From an uncultured virus (IMG/VR IMGVR_UViG_3300002834_000023) (lineage: Duplodnaviria > Heunggongvirae > Uroviricota > Caudoviricetes), in the IMG/VR virus record IMGVR_UViG_3300002834_000023: 20,000 nt of DNA; one strand, given 5' to 3'. This document shows, one piece after another, positions 1-8,215 of the stretch. Under the pieces are notes generated by a model, which did not search any database, was not told the DNA's origin, and saw only the letters and a program-made list of their open reading frames with translations. The translations under genes were made by a program, and so were the position numbers. Numbering within the stretch: the stretch's first letter is position 1; each line of letters starts with the position of its first letter.

Positions 1-243
1 GAGGTTAATGTACGTCCAGCAAAAAAAGGTGAAAAAGGACAAAGGTTTATTGGTGCAGGTGGGTTGTTTACACATCATACCAACCTTTTTAATAGTGTTG
101 GGAACTTTATCCGACACGCTGAAAAGATGAATTTTTATGACAGTATTTCCTATCACAAAGATTTGGAAAGTGAAGTATTGGAATTTTATGGCGATGTTGC
201 TGAAATCCAATGGACAGAAGATGGAGAACGTTTTTACTTTTAA
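1..243 (+). CDS. Hypothetical protein, 3' part (truncated by window edge)
   Basis: Frame +1 is open from base 1 (EVNVRPAKKG...GERFYF) to TAA at 241-243; hand-translated. Confidence 0.7.
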   Translation, partial: EVNVRPAKKGEKGQRFIGAGGLFTHHTNLFNSVGNFIRHAEKMNFYDSISYHKDLESEVLEFYGDVAEIQWTEDGERFYF

Positions 244-255
244 CAAATAACAATT

Positions 256-432
256 ATGTTACAACAGATACATATAGGATATATTGAGAAAAAGACTGAT
301 TATGATATTCTTAATTGGAGTGAATATTCAATGGAAGTTATAAACAGACATAATAGTGATGGAAAAGTGATTATAGTTAATATTGAAAATAAAGATCACA
401 AGCAAATTATAGAACGATTGAATAATCTTTAA
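256..432 (+). CDS. Small hypothetical protein (58 aa)
   Basis: Hand-translated ATG..TAA (MLQQIHIGY...RLNNL); fills the gap between co-directional genes; below ORF track cutoff. Confidence 0.65.
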   Translation: MLQQIHIGYIEKKTDYDILNWSEYSMEVINRHNSDGKVIIVNIENKDHKQIIERLNNL

Positions 433-447
433 AAATAAAAAAACAGT

Positions 448-741
448 ATGAGAGCAAAAGAAGTTTATGAATATGGACAATGTTCGGGAAATAAATATAG
501 ACGTGGTAATGTTGCCAGACAACTCGACAAGTTTGAGTTTGATAATCCAATTGGACGGGTAATCATTCATACTGAAGCCCCCTTTAATATCAAAAGGGAT
601 GGTACATATCCCAAAAAAGAAGGATGGATTGAATTACATGGCGAATTACAGTTTGCAGGAAATCCTTATACAACAACTGATATTTGGGTTAAAACAGCCA
701 CAAAGGGTGGTAGAAGAAGAACATGGGTACGATCAACTTAA
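448..741 (+). CDS. Hypothetical phage protein (97 aa)
   Basis: ORF with A-rich start context, tightly packed in + strand run. Confidence 0.75.
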   Translation: MRAKEVYEYGQCSGNKYRRGNVARQLDKFEFDNPIGRVIIHTEAPFNIKRDGTYPKKEGWIELHGELQFAGNPYTTTDIWVKTATKGGRRRTWVRST

Positions 742-743
742 TA

Positions 744-757
744 TACTCAAATGAGTA
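744..757. promoter_or_regulatory. Palindromic motif TACTCAAATGAGTA, copy 1
   Basis: TACTCA-AA-TGAGTA inverted repeat, identical to 4573-4586 and 7029-7042; contains the ATG of ORF 751. Confidence 0.6.
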
Positions 758-963
758 CAAAATTAAGTAAAAAACAATGGGACGCTTTAAACAATGCTGA
801 TTTAAGGCTTGAAGGCATAAAGGGCGTTGTTGGTTGTCCCATACAGTTTTCATATAAAGGTAAATCAATGAATGGAATTTGTATATCTGTTCATGAATAT
901 CCAACACCTGGTTTAGAATTGGGTAGTCATTTTTATACAGTTAGTACATTTGTTAAAAAATAA
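751..963 (+). CDS. Hypothetical phage protein (70 aa)
   Basis: ORF tightly packed between neighbours. Confidence 0.7.
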   Translation: MSTKLSKKQWDALNNADLRLEGIKGVVGCPIQFSYKGKSMNGICISVHEYPTPGLELGSHFYTVSTFVKK

Positions 964-967
964 AAAT

Positions 968-2197
968 ATGAGTAGTTTACATTTTTCAATAGGCGAAGGC
1001 TTCCATAGTATCATACTTGGTATTGCACGTGAACATTTATGTAAGTGTGATACTAAAAAATCTATTGCAATGTTTACAGAGGGTTGTGGTATGGATACTG
1101 ATATGGCTATACAAGTCATAAAAGGGGAATTAGGGTTGGATACTGATATTGAAAATCAATCTGTTGTTGTTAATGAAAATGGGGATAATTGGTTTGAAAA
1201 AGAGTTTAAAAAAATTATAAAATTTCAAATTAAAGATAAAGTAGAACATTTTACCTATTGTCATTTAGATTTGCTACAAATATTGAAAGATTTTGTATAT
1301 GATGATGTTGGTAAATATGATAATAATCCAACTATATCTGTAAAGATTGATGTTGATATTAAAACATATATTACTAATGGAAATGTTAAAGTTGAATCTC
1401 CTGTTAGCGCAGTAATAGAACGTGCTAAAAACATAATACAGAAAATTAATGACTATCACAATTTATCTGTTTTTGGATTGAATAGTGATGACTTGGAACT
1501 ATTATATTATCAAACAGCAAGAAAAGAATTTTCAGATAAAGTTTTAAAACATATCCAATTATGGAGTATTCAAGATTTTCGTGATTGTGAATTTCATTTA
1601 TGTTTAGCAATAAACAATATTACAAATTACAATTATAGAAAAGCAAAAGATTTTATTAGCTCTGGTGATTGTTCAATATTACCTGGAATGGGTAGTGTTG
1701 AGAATTATATTGAGAATTATATTAATGCTTTAAAAGAATTGGATGAACGTGAATTATCGGTTCCTGTTCATAAGTACAAAGAAAAAATCAACCATTTTTA
1801 TAATGCTTATTGGATTGATAGAGAAGGTAATGCTTATGGTGCGGAAGGACCTGTGTCAGCTATGCTTCATATAAATATGGCAGATGCTATTTGTGACAAG
1901 TTTTATCCTGATTGTAAAGAAGATAAAAGTTCACACTTAGAAAGATTAGGATATGTCAAAATAAGTGATAACTGGGTGTTATATTTGTCTGATTACATTG
2001 ATTTAAGTGACAGTTTACAAATTGAAAGAAAGTTTGCTGAACCAATCACAGAAAAACAAAAAGAAACCATTTGTAACATATTCTCACAAGGTAAACGAAT
2101 AGATACGTTTTATGCAGGATATAGCAGACAATTAATTTCATTAAGTAAATTTAAACAAATGGATGGATTTATGTTAAATAACTTATTTAAACTATAA
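968..2197 (+). CDS. Hypothetical phage protein (~409 aa)
   Basis: Long ORF; ATG at 968 preferred over TTG at 950 because it avoids overlap; no family recognised with confidence. Confidence 0.85.
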   Translation: MSSLHFSIGEGFHSIILGIAREHLCKCDTKKSIAMFTEGCGMDTDMAIQVIKGELGLDTDIENQSVVVNENGDNWFEKEFKKIIKFQIKDKVEHFTYCHLDLLQILKDFVYDDVGKYDNNPTISVKIDVDIKTYITNGNVKVESPVSAVIERAKNIIQKINDYHNLSVFGLNSDDLELLYYQTARKEFSDKVLKHIQLWSIQDFRDCEFHLCLAINNITNYNYRKAKDFISSGDCSILPGMGSVENYIENYINALKELDERELSVPVHKYKEKINHFYNAYWIDREGNAYGAEGPVSAMLHINMADAICDKFYPDCKEDKSSHLERLGYVKISDNWVLYLSDYIDLSDSLQIERKFAEPITEKQKETICNIFSQGKRIDTFYAGYSRQLISLSKFKQMDGFMLNNLFKL

Positions 2198-2203
2198 AAA
2201 AAA

Positions 2204-2401
2204 ATGGAAACAAAACTTGTAACAAAGAATGAATTTTGGAAAGAATATAATAAATTGAGTGATGCCGAAAAGATAAAGGTTCTGTATGAGGCTTTAGAAT
2301 ATATGCAATCGTATAATGGTAGGTCAAAAAGTACATGTATTGCTATGGCAATGGGGATGTATATAAAAGAGGAAGATGATCAATACGATGAAGAAGAATA
2401 A
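2204..2401 (+). CDS. Hypothetical protein (65 aa) with acidic tail
   Basis: ORF after A-run, 6 nt after upstream stop. Confidence 0.75.
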   Translation: METKLVTKNEFWKEYNKLSDAEKIKVLYEALEYMQSYNGRSKSTCIAMAMGMYIKEEDDQYDEEE

Positions 2402-2432
2402 AATATACTGTTTTTTAGTTTTGTTAAACTTG

Positions 2433-2507
2433 TATCCCCATTCTTGTTTGTCGCATGGGGAATAGTGATGGTAGGTTGTTGCGAAACACCCTACCATTAA
2501 ATTTTTT
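2433..2507 (+). terminator. Tandem hairpins; the second (2466-2499, GCGA tetraloop) is followed by a T-run: probable intrinsic terminator or structured RNA
   Basis: TATCCCCAT...ATGGGGAATA (2433-2464), then ATGGTAGG-T-TGTT-GCGA-AACA-C-CCTACCAT, then TTTTTT. Confidence 0.6.
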
Positions 2508-2550
2508 AACATCCAGAAGAAATAAAATTAGATAAGATTTAGTATCTTTG
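2505..2550 (+). promoter_or_regulatory. Bipartite promoter TTTAACATCCAG-N26-TATCTTTG, copy 1
   Basis: Exact 12-mer repeated five times; the downstream box matches the Bacteroidota -7 consensus TAnnTTTG. Confidence 0.8.
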
Positions 2551-2581
2551 TAGTAGAAAGTTTAACAAATAAATAAAAAAA

Positions 2582-2821
2582 ATGAGAACTATTAAAATTG
2601 AAAGAAAGTACAAATATGAGGGAGCAAGATGTCATATTGTATTCATTACTGATTGGAATTTCAAACAATGGACACTCCAAGCAGATTCAAATTGGGAGTA
2701 TTTTTTAAATGCACCTGGATTTATGGCTTGCACCTTTAAAAATGACAGAGAGTTTATTACTAAAATGTATGGTGATGAACAAATTGGGGATTTTGTAAAT
2801 TATGAAGTTGAAATCATTTAA
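2582..2821 (+). CDS. Hypothetical phage protein (79 aa)
   Basis: First ORF after promoter, A-rich start. Confidence 0.75.
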   Translation: MRTIKIERKYKYEGARCHIVFITDWNFKQWTLQADSNWEYFLNAPGFMACTFKNDREFITKMYGDEQIGDFVNYEVEII

Positions 2822-2835
2822 AAACAATAAAAGTT

Positions 2836-3240
2836 ATGGGATTTTTTAGTTGGAAAACGCAAGATAGTCACCGTTCAATAACAAACAGATATTGTGAATA
2901 TCATAACACATTTCGGGTAATCATGTGTGATGATAAAGGCAATCAGTGGGTTGAAGATAACTATGAAGGTTATGGTGAATTTGGGGGCAAGGACTATTAC
3001 GAATTACTTGCAGAAATGAATGGAAAAAAAACAAGGGAAGAAGGTCTTGAATTAGAATTTACCAACAATAATAAAAATGTGATGTTTCCTTCCTTAAGTG
3101 AATGTGGTGATTATTCTTATAATGGAAAAGCACCTGAATATTGTGAATTTCAAGGTTATTTTTATCCTGATGAAGATGATGATGATTTGGGTGGATTTGA
3201 TTATTATGATGTTGAAGATGAAGTATATGAAGAAGAATAA
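2836..3240 (+). CDS. Hypothetical phage protein (134 aa; MGFFSW start, YEGYGEFGGKDYYELLA motif, acidic C-terminus)
   Basis: ORF; the motif pattern resembles uncharacterised phage proteins (from recall, not searched). Confidence 0.8.
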   Translation: MGFFSWKTQDSHRSITNRYCEYHNTFRVIMCDDKGNQWVEDNYEGYGEFGGKDYYELLAEMNGKKTREEGLELEFTNNNKNVMFPSLSECGDYSYNGKAPEYCEFQGYFYPDEDDDDLGGFDYYDVEDEVYEEE

Positions 3241-3466
3241 TTATAAACCCATAGATGATAATGGGATTAGGAAAATAGTCAGATGTATTGCATCATCCAC
3301 ACAGGAAATACATTTGGAAAATATTACAAAATGGATAAACAAAATTAATCTAAGTGATAATCAAAGAACAAAGATTAAAAATCTGATAAAATTGGCATAC
3401 CAAAAAGATTATAGTTTTGATGTTTTGTATGATGCTATGTTCGCTGATGATATAATCTTTATATAA
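3227..3466 (+). CDS. Hypothetical protein (~79 aa, MKKNNYKPID...)
   Basis: 3' part of track ORF 3098..3466; ATG 3227 gives only a short overlap with the upstream gene. Confidence 0.65.
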   Translation: MKKNNYKPIDDNGIRKIVRCIASSTQEIHLENITKWINKINLSDNQRTKIKNLIKLAYQKDYSFDVLYDAMFADDIIFI

Positions 3467-3483
3467 GATAAATAGTGAGTAAT

Positions 3484-3501
3484 TGGGGATAATTTTCCCC
3501 A
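3484..3501 (+). terminator. Intergenic hairpin, possible terminator
   Basis: TGGGGA-TAATTT-TCCCCA, upstream of promoter copy 2; no clear adjacent U-tract. Confidence 0.4.
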
Positions 3502-3536
3502 CTACCATATATGTTAAAATATGTATAAATAATTTA

Positions 3537-3582
3537 TTTAACATCCAGTTTAAATTATTTCATTTATATTTTTATATTTTTG
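3537..3582 (+). promoter_or_regulatory. Bipartite promoter TTTAACATCCAG-N26-TATTTTTG, copy 2
   Basis: Same 12-mer and spacing; 17 nt before ATG 3600. Confidence 0.8.
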
Positions 3583-3599
3583 TAATAAAATAAACAAAA

Positions 3600-3995
3600 A
3601 TGGATATACAAGATTTTATAAATAGAACCGATTTAAACTCTCTCAATAAGGTAGAATTAGACTTTATTTTTAGAGAGTGTTATGGTGGTGTAAAACCATT
3701 GATAGGTCATTTGTTACCATATAAAGCAAAAAATGGGGTTAATTTTAGAGTTGATAGTATCAGTGTAACTGCTGCTGGCAAAGGTGTGATTTATGTTGAT
3801 AATTGTTATTATGGAATTAGACCTGATGGAAAAGATTATGGTTTAATATTACAATTTAAACCATTATTTACTAATGAATCTTGTGCTTATATTTCTTTTT
3901 ATATAAAAGAAATTAATACTGACGTATTAGATGAATTTGCAGAAAAGATTAAAGAAAAAGTTAATAATTATTTTGAACATCAAAAAATTAAATAA
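3600..3995 (+). CDS. Hypothetical phage protein (131 aa)
   Basis: ORF after promoter. Confidence 0.8.
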   Translation: MDIQDFINRTDLNSLNKVELDFIFRECYGGVKPLIGHLLPYKAKNGVNFRVDSISVTAAGKGVIYVDNCYYGIRPDGKDYGLILQFKPLFTNESCAYISFYIKEINTDVLDEFAEKIKEKVNNYFEHQKIK

Positions 3996-3997
3996 AA

Positions 3998-4198
3998 ATG
4001 AATACAAACAGAGTTTTTATAGGTTTATCACCTAACAATTATTATCAATACCCATACTATATTGAAATTTGGGGACACAAAATGTCCAATGGAACTATTG
4101 TATTATCTATGAAGCTTGGGGATAAATTTTTATATCCAAAAGAATACACTGTGAATGAAATTGAATTGATTAAAAAGGCTGATGAAATTTTAAAATGA
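3998..4198 (+). CDS. Hypothetical protein (66 aa)
   Basis: ORF, ATGA-coupled to the next gene. Confidence 0.7.
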   Translation: MNTNRVFIGLSPNNYYQYPYYIEIWGHKMSNGTIVLSMKLGDKFLYPKEYTVNEIELIKKADEILK

Positions 4199-4572
4199 AA
4201 ATAACCGATATTATAAACGTAATTGAACTCCAAAATGGAGTTGTTATTGACAACATTGCCAGCTTTTTGGTTATTGATGAAGAATGTGCAAATGTACGCA
4301 AGAGCGCAAGTGGTGCTGGGTTTATATTTTCACCTGCTGATAACAAAGAGAATGAAAATGTTGCTAATGATGCAGCCGAAGCATATTTTATCAATAAGGT
4401 TGAAAAAATCCTATCACAAAATTTCAATAAGGAATATATTAACAAATTTTTGGTATGTAGCGGTTTTAAAACCATTAAGGAATATGCTAAAGATTGCTTC
4501 AATAATGGTGGTTTATTTTCCCATAGTCATTACAAAGTTGTAGTAAGTAATTCTAATACTATTGTACAATAA
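4195..4572 (+). CDS. Hypothetical phage protein (125 aa)
   Basis: ORF with 4-nt ATGA overlap. Confidence 0.75.
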   Translation: MKITDIINVIELQNGVVIDNIASFLVIDEECANVRKSASGAGFIFSPADNKENENVANDAAEAYFINKVEKILSQNFNKEYINKFLVCSGFKTIKEYAKDCFNNGGLFSHSHYKVVVSNSNTIVQ

Positions 4573-4586
4573 TACTCAAATGAGTA
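4573..4586. promoter_or_regulatory. Palindromic motif TACTCAAATGAGTA, copy 2
   Basis: Directly after TAA 4570-4572; extends to ATACTCAAATGAGTAT. Confidence 0.6.
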
Positions 4587-4629
4587 TATTTAAGATTGCA
4601 GTTGGTATTTATTAAAAAAAGTATTGGTT

Positions 4630-4815
4630 ATGACTTACATAGTATTATTTGCAATCATTTTAATTGGGTGCGGTTTTTTATATTGGTGGTGTAATCCATC
4701 ATTTGACATAATTAAAAGTAACAACCAAATGACAGGTGTATTAGAAAAACATCTGATTGTTTGGTTTTCCCATATCAAGTATAGGGATAGAAATTACATA
4801 AGAATTAAAATTTAA
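4630..4815 (+). CDS. Small predicted membrane protein (61 aa)
   Basis: N-terminal hydrophobic stretch YIVLFAIILIGCGFLYWW; ATG at 4630. Confidence 0.7.
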   Translation: MTYIVLFAIILIGCGFLYWWCNPSFDIIKSNNQMTGVLEKHLIVWFSHIKYRDRNYIRIKI

Positions 4816-4857
4816 CATCCAGTTTGTTTTATTTTAGATAAAAAATTAATATCTTTG
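4811..4857 (+). promoter_or_regulatory. Bipartite promoter TTTAACATCCAG-N27-TATCTTTG, copy 3
   Basis: Same motif; its TAA doubles as the stop codon of the upstream ORF. Confidence 0.8.
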
Positions 4858-4881
4858 TAATCAATAAAGATAAAAAAAGTT

Positions 4882-5250
4882 ATGGACATAAACATTACAA
4901 CCCCACAGCGTTTCACACCCCAAATCCAAAAGGATTACAATACTAAAAGTTACAAAAGAAAGGAATTTGTAGACCTTTTTTATCAGTATAATGAATGGGT
5001 ACAAAACTATAAAAAACTTGGTAGGAATGATATTTGTACCTGTGGTTCGGGAAAAAAATATAAAAAATGTTGCGGGGTAAAACACCAAAATGGTGAGTTT
5101 AAAAAATTTGAAAAATTATCACGTTACGGATATAATATCAATAAATTAACTGAAGAAGATATTGTAAATTACTTCAATGTTTATGGTGTAAAAGAAGTTG
5201 GTACAAATGATTTTGGACAAAAAATAGAAACTATCAAAATATTATTTTAA
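4882..5250 (+). CDS. SEC-C metal-binding motif protein (122 aa)
   Basis: [21 protein letters not shown] matches the SEC-C consensus. Confidence 0.9.
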   Translation: MDINITTPQRFTPQIQKDYNTKSYKRKEFVDLFYQYNEWVQNYKKLGRNDICTCGSGKKYKKCCGVKHQNGEFKKFEKLSRYGYNINKLTEEDIVNYFNVYGVKEVGTNDFGQKIETIKILF

Positions 5251-5251
5251 T

Positions 5252-5767
5252 ATGGAAAAGATGACTATGAATAAAGAAATTATGATGAATTATATAGATT
5301 ATAGTAATTTAATTTCTAATGGTGAATTTACAAAACGTTTACCAAAACCAAAAGGTATGTTCCCCCGATTAATGGATTTTGAGGGTGTTGCAACATCCGA
5401 GAGAGAACCTATATTGTTACGAATGAAAACAATTGAACATATTAATGAAAATGAAATTAATGTAACATTTTTTACAAAAAAATCATGGGAAGAACGCCAA
5501 GAAGAATTTGATAAACAAAGATATATTCAAAAGTTTTTAGATAATTGTTATGACAGTTTAGATGCCTTTAAATCGGGATTAAATGAGTTAATTAAGGAAC
5601 ATGAACTGGAACTTGCAAGTTTTGCAAATGCTAATATACATAAAAGGGGGAAAATTACTGTTAGAACATTTGATAAACGTTTTCGTGTATATGAAAATGA
5701 TATACAAATCATTGAAACATCCATTATTGAAGAAGCCATTGTTGCATTTGAACGAATACAAGAATGA
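5252..5767 (+). CDS. Hypothetical phage protein (171 aa)
   Basis: ORF 1 nt after upstream stop. Confidence 0.8.
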   Translation: MEKMTMNKEIMMNYIDYSNLISNGEFTKRLPKPKGMFPRLMDFEGVATSEREPILLRMKTIEHINENEINVTFFTKKSWEERQEEFDKQRYIQKFLDNCYDSLDAFKSGLNELIKEHELELASFANANIHKRGKITVRTFDKRFRVYENDIQIIETSIIEEAIVAFERIQE

Positions 5768-5934
5768 TACAATCAGGAAAATTTAAAAAGCGACTAAAAG
5801 CATTGGAAGAAAGAACGGTAAAGGAAAATCAAATAAAAGTATTTAAACATAAAATACAACAAATAGAAAAAATTGAAGAAGAAATTCCAGAAGATATAAT
5901 TCAAGTTAATGGTATTGAGATATACATAATTTAA
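5764..5934 (+). CDS. Small hypothetical protein (56 aa)
   Basis: Hand-translated MIQSGKFKKR...IEIYII; ATGA overlap with upstream stop. Confidence 0.65.
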   Translation: MIQSGKFKKRLKALEERTVKENQIKVFKHKIQQIEKIEEEIPEDIIQVNGIEIYII

Positions 5935-5964
5935 TGTGTTTAATTAAACTTAAACACATTTTTT
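5933..5964 (+). terminator. Probable intrinsic terminator
   Basis: Perfect 11-bp stem AATGTGTTTAA-TTAAAC-TTAAACACATT followed by TTTT, abutting promoter copy 4. Confidence 0.6.
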
Positions 5965-6007
5965 AACATCCAGTTTTAGAAACTTAAATATATTTTTTGT
6001 ATATTTG
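5962..6007 (+). promoter_or_regulatory. Bipartite promoter TTTAACATCCAG-N26-TATATTTG, copy 4
   Basis: Same motif and spacing; followed by a structured non-coding segment. Confidence 0.8.
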
Positions 6008-6020
6008 CATTGAATTAATA

Positions 6021-6123
6021 AGGGAAGATATTCGGTATATGGGGAATCACAGCAAGCCATATATTCCAAACTGACAAGTGGGCATCAAGGCTGATGAGGG
6101 TATGTAGAATATCTCCTTTTTTT
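6021..6123 (+). ncRNA. Candidate ~100-nt structured RNA (sRNA or 5' leader), family unknown
   Basis: GC-richer non-coding island; closing stem GGAAGATATTC/GAATATCTCC, internal stems TATATGG/CCATATA and CATCA/TGATG, ends in a T7 run; promoter directly upstream. Confidence 0.55.
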
Positions 6124-6157
6124 ATTTAATATTTTTTAATAATAATATAAATCTTAT

Positions 6158-6469
6158 ATGAAAGAATTGAATAAAAAATATACCAATAATTTGGAGAAAG
6201 CTGCAATAAGTAATGCAGAAAAATGTGGACATACTATTAAACCTACTGATGTGGTTAATGGTAATGTCAAATCTCCCATATACAATTCATTTATCGCTGG
6301 GGCTGAATTTCACAGGGATAATGAAATGTTTGATGCTATGCAATATTATTTAGAATATGTAGAGAAGAATGGTTATACAAGTCCAAGAGAGTGGTTTTTG
6401 TATAAACGTCATTATCATAGTATTTGGGAAACAGATGGGGAATTTAAAAATAGAAAAGTATATGAATAA
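6158..6469 (+). CDS. Hypothetical phage protein (103 aa)
   Basis: ORF; contains SFIAGAEF, a pattern I recall from small Bacteroidota phage proteins. Confidence 0.75.
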   Translation: MKELNKKYTNNLEKAAISNAEKCGHTIKPTDVVNGNVKSPIYNSFIAGAEFHRDNEMFDAMQYYLEYVEKNGYTSPREWFLYKRHYHSIWETDGEFKNRKVYE

Positions 6470-6644
6470 AATGAAAGTAAGTGAGTTTACCAAATGGTTG
6501 ACTACAAAAGCAAAGCAATTTGAATCTGATTGGAAAGAGAATAGAGAAATCAATGAAGATGATTATCCTGAAAAGATGTATCTATCCGATTGGTTTGAAC
6601 AATTTAGTTTTTTTACAGATGAAACAGAAACAGATGGAGATTGA
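6462..6644 (+). CDS. Hypothetical acidic protein (60 aa)
   Basis: 3' part of track ORF 6369..6644 from ATG 6462. Confidence 0.65.
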   Translation: MNKMKVSEFTKWLTTKAKQFESDWKENREINEDDYPEKMYLSDWFEQFSFFTDETETDGD

Positions 6645-6837
6645 AAATCCAATTGAAAAATGTCATATTTGTGGTAGAGAAGTAAGACCATATAAATATG
6701 ATGGAAAAGGTGCAATCTGTGTGGATTGTTTATTTGAACGAAACTATACACCTCCAATTAAAAGCGATAAGGTTCAACGAAATGATCCTTGTCCATGTGG
6801 TTCTGGTTTGAAATATAAAAAGTGCTGTTTAAAATGA
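6634..6837 (+). CDS. Zinc-finger plus SEC-C motif protein (67 aa)
   Basis: CHIC...CVDC followed by [23 protein letters not shown] 6634. Confidence 0.85.
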   Translation: MEIENPIEKCHICGREVRPYKYDGKGAICVDCLFERNYTPPIKSDKVQRNDPCPCGSGLKYKKCCLK

Positions 6838-7025
6838 AAGTAAAAGATTTAGTCATAGGGAAAAAATATTTTTATGACCCATTTTTTGATGGTGATCCTG
6901 AAATTTTAACATATTCGGGATATGATAAAATATATGATTATAAATTTAACAGAATTGATGATCCCCTTAACTATGAAACTTTAACTGAAAGAGGTGTACA
7001 CTTTTTTATTGAAGAAATGATATAA
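6834..7025 (+). CDS. Hypothetical protein (63 aa)
   Basis: ATGA overlap start at 6834 ([12 protein letters not shown]). Confidence 0.7.
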   Translation: MKVKDLVIGKKYFYDPFFDGDPEILTYSGYDKIYDYKFNRIDDPLNYETLTERGVHFFIEEMI

Positions 7026-7028
7026 ATA

Positions 7029-7042
7029 TACTCAAATGAGTA
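7029..7042. promoter_or_regulatory. Palindromic motif TACTCAAATGAGTA, copy 3
   Basis: 3 nt after stop 7025; shares ATATACTCAAATGAGTACAA with copy 1. Confidence 0.6.
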
Positions 7043-7059
7043 CAACAAAATAAGAAAAT

Positions 7060-7953
7060 ATGATATTTAGAAATATTGAAATACCAAAAACTAAACAGGA
7101 ATTAATTGACAAGTTTCATAGTGAATTTCCTGTTGTTGGGGAAGAAGTTTATATAAAAAGAAAATGTTTAGGATATGTTAGTAAAAACCAAGATCCTGAA
7201 AGTTTTTCTTCTGAATATAGATTTACTGTAAGTTATGTTGATCAAGAAACTGGAAATATAAAAGGTAAAGCTTATGGATATAGTTCACAAGAAGTATCAA
7301 GAGGAAATTATAAAAGAAGTTCTTATGATATTGGAGCTAATCCATTTTATACAGGAAAACATATTCGTGTTACCCCTTATACATTAGAAAGTATTTTAAG
7401 TCAATTAGGGTTATTAGATGAAACTCACAAAGAAAAATACTTTTTAAATGAAACTAATGGGGTGGGTGTTAAAAACCTAAACTGGAACCCATTTGTAACT
7501 GACAAAGATGGTAACAAACATTATTATCAAAGGGATTTCTGTTGGGGATTGAAAGATAAACAAATGTTAATTGAATCTATCTATAATGGGATTGATTGTG
7601 GTAAAATAATTATTAGACCAAGAAGTTTTAAGTGGATTGAAAATCATGTTAAAACAGGGGAATGGCAAGATATTTTTTGGTATGATATTGTTGATGGAAA
7701 ACAAAGATTAAATGCTATTCATGAATTTGTCTGGAATAAATTTAAAGATAATCATGGAAATTATTTTAAAGATTTATCAACTAAAGCACAAAATGCCATT
7801 GGGGATACTCAATTAATTACCTATGCCCAATTTGACGAAGATGTAAGTGATCAAGATGTTATTGAAACATTTATTCGTTTAAATATATTTGGTAAAGTTG
7901 TTAAAAAAACACACATTGATTCGGTTATGAAAATTAATGATATGCTTAAATAA
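7060..7953 (+). CDS. DUF262 (ParB/Srx-like, GmrS-type) domain protein with N-terminal extension
   Basis: YQRDFCW, LIESIYNG, IVDGKQRL and FIRLN are the canonical DUF262 motifs in order. Confidence 0.88.
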   Translation: MIFRNIEIPKTKQELIDKFHSEFPVVGEEVYIKRKCLGYVSKNQDPESFSSEYRFTVSYVDQETGNIKGKAYGYSSQEVSRGNYKRSSYDIGANPFYTGKHIRVTPYTLESILSQLGLLDETHKEKYFLNETNGVGVKNLNWNPFVTDKDGNKHYYQRDFCWGLKDKQMLIESIYNGIDCGKIIIRPRSFKWIENHVKTGEWQDIFWYDIVDGKQRLNAIHEFVWNKFKDNHGNYFKDLSTKAQNAIGDTQLITYAQFDEDVSDQDVIETFIRLNIFGKVVKKTHIDSVMKINDMLK

Positions 7954-7954
7954 T

Positions 7955-8215
7955 ATGACAATGATACATTATCCTGTTAAACAAAAGACATATAAGTATG
8001 CAAATACTAAATGTGATAAATTTTCTCATCTTGATGAAAGTGGTAACATGATTTATATACCAAAGAAAAAGTTTAACAGTGATAAAGAAGCCATTGAAGA
8101 AGCAAAACGAATAAATGCGCTTCCAAAAACAATTCACAAGGTTGTCGCATATAAATGTAGAACATGTCATTTATGGCATGTTGGTAGAACTAAAAAAGAA
8201 TTAAAACATGAATGA
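7955..8215 (+). CDS. Small basic CxxC-xxxH zinc-finger-like phage protein (~86 aa)
   Basis: VAYKCRTCHLWHVG motif; ATG 7955. Confidence 0.75.
   Translation: MTMIHYPVKQKTYKYANTKCDKFSHLDESGNMIYIPKKKFNSDKEAIEEAKRINALPKTIHKVVAYKCRTCHLWHVGRTKKELKHE

Noticed and set aside
6021..6123. tRNA(Sec)-like ends (GGAAGAT...ATCTCC), hammerhead core CTGATGA, twister-like CAAGCC
   Set aside because: No T-loop TTCRA or cloverleaf, no GAAA partner for a hammerhead, and the remaining twister consensus is not found; kept only as an unknown RNA
328..8170. Minus-strand and alternate-frame short ORFs in the + strand block (328..570, 689..907, 913..1119, 1274..1459, 4170..4502, 4223..4543, 5548..5772, 7946..8170 and others)
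   Set aside because: They overlap better-supported, tightly packed co-directional genes and have no recognisable motifs
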